64,000 nucleotides of DNA from Lobosporangium transversale. Its lineage: Eukaryota. The DNA lies in NCBI RefSeq assembly GCF_002105155.1, contig NW_019029015.1:248001-312000 (forward strand). The letters are read 5' to 3'. This document shows, piece after piece, positions 40,145 through 52,359 of this stretch. Positions within the stretch are counted from its first letter, which is position 1; each line of letters starts with the position of its first letter. The position numbers and the translations under genes were made by a program. The notes beneath the pieces were generated by a model. The model ran no database searches and was not told the origin of the DNA. It saw nothing but the letters and a program-made list of their open reading frames with translations.

Positions 40145-41139
40145 ATGGATGATGTCCCTGCATACGAACTTGTGTTCCTGAATGAACTCCACGACAGGCT
40201 AAAACTACTCAACCCATGGTACACTACCAGTGCTGGCCTCTTCAGGGTCCTTGGCCGGTAAAATCGATATTTGTAAACCCATTTAAGGCTTTTATTCCAC
40301 TCCTTCATCCCCAAGTCATGTTCTAACCTTTATCATTCTTCCTCTCTAAAATGTTGATTAGTTTATCCACATATGATTTAGATAATCAAGTCGTTATAGT
40401 TGAGTCTTGCTTCCATCATCAGCATACTCCACTGAGAACAACTGAAGCAGCAATGATAACAACGACAGTAGAGGCCAATGGAAACAGACCGAAAACGCCC
40501 TTCGGACTCGGATCAAGCACTGAGGACCCAGTTCAGCCAATCAAAAGTTGCACGATTGACCTGACCTTAGGTGACGAAGAAGAAGGGAAAGAGGGAGGTG
40601 ACGGAAGCGAAGATTCAGAGTCAACGGCGGTAAATAATAGTGGATACATCGATCTGACGTGTACCACAGATGACGAATCTTGTAATGGGGATGAGAACGA
40701 CAGTAACAGCGATGCACTGACGTCATTTATTGCCGTGTCTCAAGTATGTGAGAACAAAGAGAAGGGGGCCGGGAAGCGGAAGCTACTGTCATCATCTGTA
40801 TTTCCTTCGTTAACAGGATCACCGCCTCAGCCAAGAAGACGCTGCTCTGAACAACAGAAAATGAGAGCACCTAAGGTTGCTCTTTGGGTCAGCACAGAGT
40901 TGTTATCACCAGGGCAATGGCGATTTGAGCCGGGAGTGATCTTTCAATTTATTGGAGAGATTGAGTACAGGTCAGGGCATTGGGTCTTGGTTGCAAGGGC
41001 CTGTCGTAATATGGAAGGGCTAGATTTGTACACCTACAGAGAGTCTATCCTCTTGACTAGGAAGCTCATGCAACGAATGGCGCGTAGAGGAAGTGACTCT
41101 GATCATGAGTATCAATGCAGATATGCAGCTCATCATTAG
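40145..41139 (+). CDS. TEN1: CST complex subunit Ten1-like OB-fold protein with large acidic insertion; exons 40145-40257, 40362-41139
   Basis: FRVLGR|LSTYDLDNQVVIVE, then LWVSTELL...FEPGVIFQFIGEIE...LVARACRNMEGLDLYTYRESILLTRKLM, matching the plant/animal-type Ten1 pattern. Confidence 0.78.
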
Positions 41140-41203
41140 AATTTTGTATTATCATTGATTATGAAATAAAGATCCATTCTTTAATAAAATAAAAATAAAA
41201 TAA

Positions 41204-41244
<41 letters not shown>

Positions 41245-41650
41245 CCTTGGAGTTCTGTGTATACTGAATGCTTCAAGTCTAATAAAATAAAATATCGTCC
41301 GTTATTAGAACAGCATTGACCGTAACCAAACAAAAAAAAAAAAAAAGATTGTTTAGACGAAAAGAGTATGAGATTTTCTTGAAATGATACCATGCTTAAC
41401 AAAGAAGTAAATGTAGAAGTGTGTAAAGCAAACAAAGAAACCAGCTTTTTTCACTTTTTTCTGTGGCATAACGCAGGGTCCACTAAATGATTCCTTAGTA
41501 ACAAAAATGAAGCTTGATCTTGATACAAAGAACATCAATACATTCTGCTCCGAAACCGCATTCTTACAAAATGGCACTTAAAAGGCCCGTCCCAAAAAAA
41601 AAAAAAAAAAAAAAAGAAAAGAAAAGGTAGTCGTGAATATATAATACATA

Positions 41651-44056
41651 ATGGAGCATTGCTTTTGCACTTTTCCTTACCCGTTCTGTCTTATTGATCC
41701 CACCATACACAAAATGGATAACTGCTGTTTCCCGGATTTTCTCGATTTCAGTGAAATGGCATGCCCCAAACGCGAGTTCACCATCCCCGAAGATATCGAA
41801 TTTGACCAATTTCTTAATGCTAGCTTACCATGCTCAAGCCTGCCAAACAGCCTTTCCTCATCCCGTTGCGCTTCAGTTGACTTTGATACTTCTCCGGAAC
41901 CTTCAGTAGAATCGACCTCGTTTAGAACAAGTGTGGATTTAGGATTTGAACAAACTACGGAGAGAACCCCACCTTCTGTGCCAGGGGGGGATGTCCTTGC
42001 AGGTACAACTGCCATGACTGCATTCGATAGCCTGTTACAAAGTACTCTGTTCATAGAAGGAGGATACCAAATGGGTAGTACAGTCATAAAAGACAGTGGG
42101 GCTCTAGAACATCCTGTTACAAGCGCGTCAATTCCAGGCACGGATTTTGCCCCAAGTCAACTTCAATATTCCAATAATGCTCCAATTCCTGTATTAACCT
42201 CTGATTGTAAACATGGGCAACAATTTTTACTCTCTACTATGAAATCGTCCAAGTTCATACAAGACCACGAGGCGCCCGCTAATCTTGCTCATGTCTCGCT
42301 TTCCAGCGTTCTGGATAACAGTGGCCCATTCGCAGCTACCAGTTTGCCCTGTGTTACAGCACCTTGTCATTGGCTTGGAGCAGCGCCACTTCTCGCGCCG
42401 TCGTCGGACATACTTGCATTCTCTGATTGTATCGAGCAGCAGGCGTTATCGACCACACAGCTTCCCCTTCTGCTTCCACCACTACTTATGCCTTCACTTG
42501 TGACATCATCATCACCATTATCACCATCATCACCATCATCACAGGACATCCTCAGCGGACGAGCGCAGTCTATCTTTATCAATCCGTTCGAACCGTACAC
42601 CTTGAGTGATAAAACTCTGCTGGACGACCTTAAGGCCAACGCCCCATATACTGAGAACCAGATGAATCCAGAGACAACAGCTATTGCAATGGCCAACAGT
42701 ACTCTAAAACATCTGTCGACCCAAAATGACGCTTTCAGCTATAATAGTGGTATACAAGGACTATTCACAGACTTTTCCTATTCAAACATTCCTGCTAAGC
42801 ATAATGGCCTCGAATCCGAACTAAGGTTTGTTCAAGAGTTCTTAACACCACCCCTTACCATGACCTCGTGGACGAGTTCAGATGAACCTGCTGCACAAGC
42901 TTTGGTGATACCAGAAACTGAGGCATCGGTACTAATGTTATATAGGCCAAATGAATTGAACCAAAATGGCCCATGTAATATTGGTCATGTTGGGTATATG
43001 TCACCACAAAGGATTAATAAGAATAGGACGAGCCTTAAGACGCGTAGTAATATTAATAGTAGGAAGCCATTTTCAATGAAAAAGATCACTGATTGCGCAC
43101 ATTACCGACCACGAAACGCTTTCTTCATGTTCCGCGGATTTGTATCTCGCCTGCAGCAATACAGCGGTCTCCATTACAATCTTCATAGACAGCAAAAGAA
43201 AGGCAACCATGATGATGATAGTCATAGCAATAACAAGAATGGTAGTGATGTCGCGCTAATGTCGTCCCCATGCTCGCCCTTGGCTTCGTCATCGCCCCCG
43301 ACCTTTTCACTGCCACCGCAATCATTATCACCATCGTCCCCATCCTTGCCATTGCCAGCGCCTCCTCTTCAGTCTTTAGCTTCCGCAATACTCGATCCAG
43401 GAGAGAATATTCTCCCTCCTACAGCAGATACTTCATCAGACTTTAAAGAGACAGAGAGTGTTGGATGTGGTATGACTCAAACAAAGGTGTCCATCAGTTG
43501 TGGTAAGATTTGGTCCAGTGAATGCTTTGAGGCCTGTGGTCCGGGAGGATGTCCCAACTGCCGTATGCGATCCCTGTTCGGCCAAGCATCCTCATTTTTG
43601 AAGTTACGGCAAGCCGAAATAGAGCGACAGATCGAGTTTTCAGAGTCTATCACCACTGCTACTTTGCTTGAGAAAAACATCCCATTATTATCACCATCAT
43701 CATTACCATCTACTACAAAGATGATGAACACGTCTATATCAGATAACGATAGTGAAAGCCAAAAGAATACGTATGTAGCGTTAACAGCGGGTCATTTAGC
43801 AATTATGTCGCTCGAGAACTCTTTCAATTGGGAAGAGTTTACACAATTGTACTACGAGAGTGATCTATTCAAATGGCATCGCAACCATTATTTGGGCACG
43901 AATGGAGTGTTAGATCTTGAGGCAATGAAACATGTTTGGATGGAGAATGAGCTGGCATATGAAAAAGCCTTTGTAGAAGGCGCCAGAAAACGAATTTTAC
44001 AAGAAGGTGGATCCAAAAAATTAGGTCAAAGGATCCGCAGGACAAAATTAAAGTAA
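41651..44056 (+). CDS. Intronless 801-aa protein with an interrupted MATA/SOX-type HMG box
   Basis: RPRNAFFMFR (43106), QTKVSISCGKIWSSE (43478) and RSLFGQASSFLKLRQ correspond to HMG helices 1-3. Confidence 0.7.
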   Translation: MEHCFCTFPYPFCLIDPTIHKMDNCCFPDFLDFSEMACPKREFTIPEDIEFDQFLNASLPCSSLPNSLSSSRCASVDFDTSPEPSVESTSFRTSVDLGFEQTTERTPPSVPGGDVLAGTTAMTAFDSLLQSTLFIEGGYQMGSTVIKDSGALEHPVTSASIPGTDFAPSQLQYSNNAPIPVLTSDCKHGQQFLLSTMKSSKFIQDHEAPANLAHVSLSSVLDNSGPFAATSLPCVTAPCHWLGAAPLLAPSSDILAFSDCIEQQALSTTQLPLLLPPLLMPSLVTSSSPLSPSSPSSQDILSGRAQSIFINPFEPYTLSDKTLLDDLKANAPYTENQMNPETTAIAMANSTLKHLSTQNDAFSYNSGIQGLFTDFSYSNIPAKHNGLESELRFVQEFLTPPLTMTSWTSSDEPAAQALVIPETEASVLMLYRPNELNQNGPCNIGHVGYMSPQRINKNRTSLKTRSNINSRKPFSMKKITDCAHYRPRNAFFMFRGFVSRLQQYSGLHYNLHRQQKKGNHDDDSHSNNKNGSDVALMSSPCSPLASSSPPTFSLPPQSLSPSSPSLPLPAPPLQSLASAILDPGENILPPTADTSSDFKETESVGCGMTQTKVSISCGKIWSSECFEACGPGGCPNCRMRSLFGQASSFLKLRQAEIERQIEFSESITTATLLEKNIPLLSPSSLPSTTKMMNTSISDNDSESQKNTYVALTAGHLAIMSLENSFNWEEFTQLYYESDLFKWHRNHYLGTNGVLDLEAMKHVWMENELAYEKAFVEGARKRILQEGGSKKLGQRIRRTKLK

Positions 44057-44138
44057 CTATTTTTATGCAAATAGTAAATGTGATTGAAAAACGAAGCTAA
44101 TCTAGACTATGAGGTGCTTGTTTTCTCTCTCACTCTCT

Positions 44139-44519
44139 CTACATGCGGTTATTGGGAACTTGCATGACACGTGTACGAAACCAAGCATTATTCATCACCC
44201 CCCGATAGTTCCAAATCGCATGCTCCGGCTGCGTATTTCCACTCGAGTCATCTATGTTCAGCATTCATAGTGTTAGTTGCTTTTTTTTTTCTAAGCCTAT
44301 TAAAATCAAGTTTTTCACTTACATGCACGTGCAATGATCTCGGTAGAGTGGGGAATCTTAGACACAGTCTTCTCCCAGATGGCCCAAGTCCAGTACATAC
44401 CGCTGTGTACTTCAGGGTTTTGTACCAGTTTGCTCGCTGGTTCCCATGTCTTGCCACTATCTACAGACACCTCAACTCTGTATATACTTCTTCCGCCGCC
44501 TGTAAACAATATTTATTTT

Positions 44520-44559
<40 letters not shown>

Positions 44560-46086
44560 AAAGAAGTAAAGACAAATAGAACAACCTTACCAGATATGGC
44601 ATAACCCTTGATGGTTACTGCTTCTGTGGAAGGAATAACTTCATTCTCTGTTGGAGTACATATCACACATTGAACATTCATTTCTGTGAGAGAGGCAGCC
44701 GTGTCCCAAGATTCTTCTACATTCGTATGGTCGATCTGTCGAATAACCGAATGAAGATAAATAATAATAAAAAGTTAATGACAGTTATTAATATGATATT
44801 AGTCAAATTTAGCATGGCATCTCGATCGTACTGTTGGATCAAGAATCTTGTAATCGCGTCTCTATTATATTTTCAATAGAAAAAGAAAAGTAAAAATTCA
44901 AAATTAAATCTTTGTTTTTTTTTTTACATTCGAAATAATTTTGTTTTGTGTTACAGCTCATATTTACTTGAAAGAATGAGGTTGATTCTTGAGGCTGAAT
45001 AACTATTTTTTGCAAGTATTTGACAGATCGCGCTCCAATATACCCAGGGACGATTACTCTAATAGGAAATCCATGTTCCCGCGTTAATGGTTTGCCATTC
45101 ATCTACACGAGAAGATAGCCAGATGATCAGTAGTATGATAGATATATGTGTTAGGTAGACTCAGTGAGCGACAGAAAACAAGAGTTCACATGTAAAAGAT
45201 ACCTCATATGCTAATATAACATCTCCCATCGGATCCCTAAATGTAGCATTATGGCGTTGTGGTGTGTGCAGAAGGAAGATTAGAGTTGTGCTCGCACAGA
45301 TATCAATTTTTTTTTTTTTTTTTTTTTGCGTCATCTTCGAATGGATTACTTACATTGCTTTTCTAAGTGGGATTGAGCTGCCGTAGCAAACATCCTCGTG
45401 AACATGGTCATTTGCTTCAAAGCAGACATGGTAGTCGCGAATCATTTTGTTATGATGTTCTGCAGATATTCCCGCAACATCATTCAAAATGTCACATAGT
45501 TGTGCACCAGACCAGATAGCCTAATTGACGTGATTTTTCGATCGAAATTTTTGTCCACATCAATCTCAAAAGAAATGACGCCTTTGCGCAGTTGAGTAGA
45601 TCTTCTTTAATATATGGATCTTACAGTAGAGACGGCTGCTGATTTCCAGATAACTCCTTTAACCTCTTTGACAGCTGCAAGTCCATCACGTCGATTACCC
45701 GCACACTGTAACGTTGCTGTGACTGTAACCTTTGGCCACCGAGTCATGATGTCATTCATTGAAAGAGACTGCCAATTGATACCTTGATGTCGTTCCCCAT
45801 CCTGTAAACCGATATAGACCCTATGTTGAATCTGTGAAATATCTGGGATAGGCCCATGATTGCGTTTGAAAAAAATTTCTGTAGGTGTGATCTCCCCAGC
45901 GTTAATAAGAGCTGGTAAAGAAGGCTCTGCATTGAATGGCTTGTCACAGTGGACTAGTAAATTGGATTGATCCCATGTAGGCTCATGTGAATAGTCAAGC
46001 TGATCTTCAGGTATTCGGATCTTTTCTGGAGGCACCACGGTATGATCACTACGGCTTTCATGACACTGATACGATGGTGGGTGCAT
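44139..46086 (-). CDS. Sulfite-oxidase-family molybdoenzyme (Moco plus dimerisation domains, no b5 domain seen), multi-exon
   Basis: [73 protein letters not shown] and [12 protein letters not shown] motifs. Confidence 0.92.
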
Positions 46087-46237
46087 CAAGATAGATGACT
46101 AGATAACACACTTTATTGATAGTCGTTGTTTTAGGTGCTTGTGAGAAAGCAATGGCCAGGTAGTTTGGAATGAAATGGTTAAGTGAATGAGCCTTGGAAA
46201 CTTTCGCACAGTGCTACGCCCATTTCCATGAGGCTAT

Positions 46238-46245
46238 GTCACGTG
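46238..46245. promoter_or_regulatory. GTCACGTG E-box (Cbf1/USF-type site) in a divergent promoter
   Basis: Exact GTCACGTG about 150 bp upstream of the sulfite oxidase ATG and upstream of the CBF1-like gene. Confidence 0.45.
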
Positions 46246-46754
46246 CATTTCCAAAAATATGTGGTTTGACCAAGCCACTTCACGTTAAAAATCAGGTGAT
46301 GACGAAATTTTTTGTTCTTCTCTTCAAATCCTGACCCGTGACACCCGCCCCACTGACACGCCGACAGAACACACCCCAACACAAAAAAGAAGTAAGTGAC
46401 AACATGCCATGGACAGCTCCATCTCTCTCATGCAGCTTCTCTTGTCTCTTGCAAAAGATGTCCTTTGATGGACATTTGGGCTCGTTGAAGCCTGAAGCTC
46501 AGACAGGGCTAAATTGGAAGGTTGACATCAGCATCGTCAATGTCATCATCCTGATGAGCTTGCTCATGGATGAGTACAGTTCAATGTTGACTAAATAAAA
46601 GTGTGCGAGAGAAAATGAGCTGCGCATGAAGCAGAAAAAAAAACTATAAAAAGCTCTTAGACGCGACTTGCCTATCTTGGCAATCTAACATTGATTTGGG
46701 ATATCCTTCACCAAATGGATGTTGTTGTCTTTCACCGACCATAGTATAACCGCT

Positions 46755-47891
46755 ATGACATCGTCATCCGATATTCCTGTCCAGGAGTTGTTAAACAATC
46801 TGGTAAGTGGCACAAAGTGAAGAGCCTAATTTTACACCTACAATCCTGTGGGAGAGATAAGCGGAGGCACCTTGTAGAAAAAAAAAATTGACGTGATAAA
46901 CATATGTCAATAATATTCTGGGTGGGGTGCCTCTTATCCTTGGGCCACTGATAGACAAAGACGATCAAAAGCGAAGGTATCGAGAAGATTGACATTGAAG
47001 AGACCCTATCTGCTGTCATTGCTCAACAAACTGCTGCCCAGGTAGCTCAGGCTCAGGCTCAAGCCCAGGCTCGAGCCGAGGAAGCTCAAGCTCAACTTCA
47101 AGCTCAGGCACAGGCACAGGTGTCCATGGAAACACGAGTCAATCAAGCCCAGGAAGAGCATAATCAACAGCAAATCAACCAGAAAGAGCTTGATCGCATT
47201 GCATTGGAGCATCAACAAGCGCAACAACAGCTAGAAAAGACATCTGGCCAACGAGAGGACTCACAGGAAGCTTTGGCACAAAACAAGCCTGATCAACCAG
47301 CCATCTCAGGAGAGAGCACCGCTACCATTATTCACGTCAATGCTCTAGATGGTGATAACGGCAGTACTTTAGCTACGGTCCCTATAACTACATCAAGGTG
47401 TGAAAAACTGAGTTCTGGATGAAGAGGAAAACGAGAAAGCGTTTATGATTAACAAAAAACTAATTTTTAAATCCAACAGTCCTGCACCGTCTGTAGCAAA
47501 GCCCGCAGCGGGAACCCCAGAGTGGCACAAGCTGCGTCGTGACAATCACAAAGAGGTAGAACGCCGACGTCGCGAGACGATCAATGCCGGTATCAATGAC
47601 TTGGCTGCATGCATCCCCAATCCAGACAAGAACAAGGGCGCAATCTTGCGCCAAGCTGCTAAATACATCCATTCGATACAGGAAATCCATCAGAAGCTCC
47701 TCGCAGAAAAAGAAGCCCTAGCAAACATCGGTTTTGAATATGATCGTGCGCTGTTGGAGAAGAACATGGCACAGAATGAACTTCAGAGATTGATTACAGA
47801 GCATGACCAACTTAAGCGCGATTATGAGGCTCTGAAGAAGGAGTTCGAGACCAAAGAAAATGAGTCCAAGAAGAGACAGAGATCAGAATAG
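46755..47891 (+). CDS. CBF1: bHLH-ZIP transcription factor, Cbf1-like; exons 46755-46802, 46955-47397, 47480-47891
   Basis: GTPEWHKLRRDNHKEVERRRRETINAGINDLAACIPNPDKNKGAILRQAAKYI plus a coiled coil. Splice junctions are in frame. Confidence 0.85.
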
Positions 47892-48578
47892 AGTGCCGCG
47901 GAATATGCGTTATTTGACTTTAGTAGGAGCAAAAAAAAATCCCTTCCTCGTTGGATATACACTAAATACATTCATAGTCTAGGCTTAAATGACACAGAAA
48001 AAAAACGACTGTACTCATCTCCATCAATGCGATATTCCGCAGTAATTACTTTTCAACTTGACTAGACAGAGTAAAATCGTTTCTGTAGCACGATGTAGGA
48101 GGGCAAATGGAATGTTCTTCACCTTGAATGGGGCGTTGTAATATAAATTTTGGATAGCTGCCACCAATTATGAGCTTGGCATTGCACAAATGAGAACAAG
48201 TTCCTGAAAAAGTTTTGCCACAGCCTTTTCATAAGAGAAATAAAAACGAGTACTCAATAAAATAGTAAAAACAGTCGTACTTCTGTACTTCTGGCCTATG
48301 TGGTTCCAGGGACGCTAGCCTAGTCTACAAAAGCTTCGCCTCATCTTGTCTTTTCTCTTTTTTTATTTTTATTTTTTTATTCACTCATCATTCCAACAAT
48401 CCCAGCATCACATTCAATCCTTCTTCTGTTTTACAGCACTGGTAGCGGTTTGAAATCATTCGAAAACGCCGATGTTACCCTACTCGAGGGTTTAGAACAT
48501 TTTGGCTGTGAATATCTCTTATTCAGCTTTTTAAACCAACTACATTAATCCCCCACGCACTGTTCTGAAAAGTACACA

Positions 48579-50710
48579 ATGTTCTCTTTACCACGATCGC
48601 CCATCCTCAGATTGCTCATTCTTCTTTTTGCTGCACTCATTGTGTTTGCATTAATTCTGCGCAAAAAGGACCTGTCGCAACAAAACTATTTTGATTGGAG
48701 ACAACAGTGGCAACAACAGCAAAATCAAGAAGCGCAAAGACAACAGCAGCGTATACCACTTCCAGCAGAGGGTTCAAAGGAGCGTGTACCATTGAGCACA
48801 TTCCAGGTATGCATTTAAGAAAGGCTAGCATGATCAGCGATGTTGTCCTTCCCCCTTTTTTTTTTTTTTTTTGCAAAATATCAGAAATGATTGTGTTCCC
48901 AGGCATTAATTTATTTGTGATATCAATCGTAGGTCCCAGAAAGTCTGCACTTGACACACGATGTAGCAATTCCTCATCCTATTCCACCATGGACTACAGC
49001 TGATACAGAGATGCTGGGAACTACGCTTGGATTCACACTCAAGACTGAAATGCTGAAGCCAGAATACCTACCGGGGGAAGACCTGAATGGCAAACCTGAA
49101 CGTATCAACTTTCCTGAATTGAGTCGTACAGAGCGTCTCTACAAAGCACTCTGGAACCACATCTACCCTCTTTATCAATCTTTGCCAGGAGGGAATGACC
49201 GTGAAAAGGATAAACAGCTAATTGCTATGGCGAAGACAAGACCCGAGATTGACTTCTTTTTGAAACTGGAAAAGAGACTCTATCCATGGGTCCAATATGG
49301 TCGAGTGTCGTCTTTCTCACTTCATAGGACATACAAGGGCAGAGGGATTGTGTACTGTGCAGGCAATGGGCAGTTCGAGTTTGTGGTTACATCTATTCAG
49401 GCGATTAGAAGCAGGCTCAAATCAACCCTACCTATCCAAGTCTTTTATATAGGAGATGGCGATTTATCAGAAGAACGCCGGAAATATCTAAGGGAAATGA
49501 CATCCGATATAGAAGTGTTGGATGTGACACAGTTCTTAGATAATGATTATATGCAGCTCGCGGGATGGTCCATCAAACCTTTTGCGATGCTGGCTTCAAG
49601 CTTTGAAGAAGTCATGTTTGTCGATGCAGACGCCTACTTTTTGCAGGTATGAAGTAAACACGAGGAACGATTTTTTTATCCATGTCACGATCATAACAAA
49701 ATAATAATAATAATAATAATAATTAATGTGATGGCTGATTGTGTAACAATAGGATCCTGCGGTTCTCTATAATGATCCAGGCTATCAGGCGACAGGTGCA
49801 CTGTTCTTTTATGATAGGACACTCTTCCCTGATTGGCGTGACGGACCCAACTTTATCAAATCCATGCTCCCAATCATGTCCTCATTCCCACCAAAATCTC
49901 GTATGCTGAACCTTCTCTCAGCTCATGAGCAGGAGTCTGGCGTTGTATTGATCAACAAAAGGAAACGATTCACAGGATTGCTTGCCATTTGCAAAATGAA
50001 TGGCAAATGGGAGCGTGATCTATACACATACAGGGTTTTCCATGGTGATAAAGGTAAAAAAAAAAAAAAACTATGCCAGATTTATTTCCGCTATTTCAGT
50101 ATGACTAGTTTGACTATTTTTTTCAGCTCGTTCATGAAAAACTGACCTCCCTTTTTTGGTTCACTCCTAACTTTGTGCTCGAGCAGAAAGCTTTTGGATT
50201 GGCATGGAAATGGTTCAGGAGCCTTATACATTCATGCGCACCTATGGTAGTGCCATTGGAGAGCTTCGACCTGACAATGACAAATCCGTCTGTGGAGCAC
50301 AACTGCACTTGGACCACTTGGGCCGACCGTTATGGTGGAATGGTGGATTGTACAGAAATAAGAATGCAAACGTGAACAGGAATCTGGATTTTGGATACTG
50401 GATGAGTGGTGGAGGACATCAGAAGCACAGAGAATATTTCACACGAGACAAAGAGACCATGATCAAGGTTTTAATAGAGGAGGGTCTTAGTTCGAGTGAC
50501 CAGCTGAAGCTAGAGCCCAGGGATGGGGATTGGGACTTTCAAGAAAGTTGCTTGGCAGGTGCGCCGGTGCAGAAGCTCACAGAAAGAGAAAAGACTTTGG
50601 CAAATGGCTACATCCAAATTGATAACATTGCAAGAGCGGATGGCCAAAAGTTGATAAGGGGTGAACGTCCAGATCCCAAGGCGCACAATTGGGAGACAGC
50701 AACTGCCTGA
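48579..50710 (+). CDS. Type II membrane alpha-mannosyltransferase (GT71, MNN1/MNT-like), 4 exons
   Basis: N-terminal TM anchor, GRGIV, LPIQVFY, GWSIKPFAML.SSFEEVMFVDAD, GALFFYDR, HEQESGVVLINK and HGDKE.FW motifs. Confidence 0.92.
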
Positions 50711-50809
50711 TTTGGATTAGATCAGACTTACCAGAAGTAGAATAAATTATTTATTTAAGACCTTTTTTTTTTTGCACATTTACATTTACTCTCATCATTG
50801 CATACCACC

Positions 50810-52225
50810 ATGACAATTTCTGCTCATCGCGAAAAGGGCCATATTGCAGTTGCAAAGACTCGTAGTAAAGTGCCTGTTAAATTGTACTATGAAAAGACAG
50901 GTAACGGCCCAAAGAAGCTTCTGCTCATTATGGGCCTCAATTCCCCTGGAAATGCATGGGAGCCTGTTGTAAGTTTCTGCATTACTGCTAAAATTCTTGC
51001 CATTCATGTCTATTGCGGTCCGGCTGAAATAATAATTTTCTTTTAACTGTTAATAATTAATTTCTTTTTTTCAGGTCGAGCACTTTGCAAAGAATCCTGA
51101 ATACACTACCGTTTTCTTTGATAACCGGGGTGTTGGCCATTCTGATGCTCCCAGAGGTCTCTATGCGTAAGTCTTTTTTTTTTATCCATTTCGACTTGAG
51201 GTTTAAGACCATGTGACTAACGTTTTTGTCTCATTAAATATGAAAAAAAATGAAAACTAGAACGTCGCAAATGGCTCAAGATACCATTGATCTTATGGAT
51301 GCCCTTGGATGGACTCAAGGCGTACATGTTGCTGGAGTCTCGATGGGAGGCATGATCGCGCTCGAGTTAGTCTTGGCGGATCCCAAACGTTTCTCTTCTT
51401 TGTTGCTTACGTCTACCAACGCAGGTCGATCACCTCCTCAGTTGGTGACAGTCTCTTTTCTTTCTCGAGTGGTCCTGCTCAGAGAGCCACACGCACGCAT
51501 CAAGCTAATTTGCGAGACTCTTTATCCAACTGTAAGCAAAATTTTGTTTTCTTTGGCATGCTTTTTTTCCCATGATTTTCACCGGCTTCACGTGTTGCTC
51601 GGTTGGATATCCTCTCCTTTTCAACAATACTAAAACTTTTCAAAAACCCATCCATCTTTTGCGGCGTGATATTGATATCCTTAGAAATGGTTAGATTCGC
51701 CAGCTCCTAAAGACTCTGGCTATAAGACTAACCGTGAGATGTCAGCAGCAGTAAGTTCAGTTACCTCATTTTAATGTTCTGAAATGAAAGACTCTGGCTG
51801 AATATTTACCCATCAAGTTTCACCTGTGTCGTATCTGACTTTTTTATTTTTTATTTTATTTTATTTTATTTTATTTTACAAAGAGTTTGAAGAGGCGTTT
51901 TGCAAACACACCAGTGCAGCCTATCCATGGCAACATTGCTCAGTGCTGGGCGGCTCTCTTCCATCATGTGAATGCGAAACGGTTAGCGCAGATTCGTGAA
52001 TCGGGTTTACCTGTTCTTGTGGTCACAGGCACAGAGGACAACTTTGTCAGACCTTCAGGATCATACCATCTGGCCAAGGAGATTGGCGCTCCTTTAGTGG
52101 TATTTGAAGGCTCAGGACATGCTCTTCCAATGGAACAGACCGAAACATACTGCAAATTCATCGAAGAGCTGGTGGATAACGGCAAGAATGGTGCCTTTGA
52201 GTTGGCCAAGGGGCAAGCCCTGTAA
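50810..52225 (+). CDS. Alpha/beta hydrolase (Abhydrolase_1-like), multi-exon
   Basis: LLLIMGL, FDNRGVGHSDAP, HVAGVSMGGMIA, VVTGTED and GSGH catalytic motifs. Confidence 0.92.
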
Positions 52226-52359
52226 TTAACGATAAGAATAATAAAAATATATCCTTTAAAAAAGAAAGATGTGGATGGCTTTATTATATACTATTTCTTT
52301 ATTATACATGTCATTATGGATACACAAGGTATATTTTTAAAAATTCGCAAGGAACTTTG

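Noticed and set aside
43684..43710. Sequence shared with the MFS gene N-terminus (LLSPSSLPS)
   Set aside because: ATC/ACC/ATT microsatellite-like convergence in low-complexity coding DNA.
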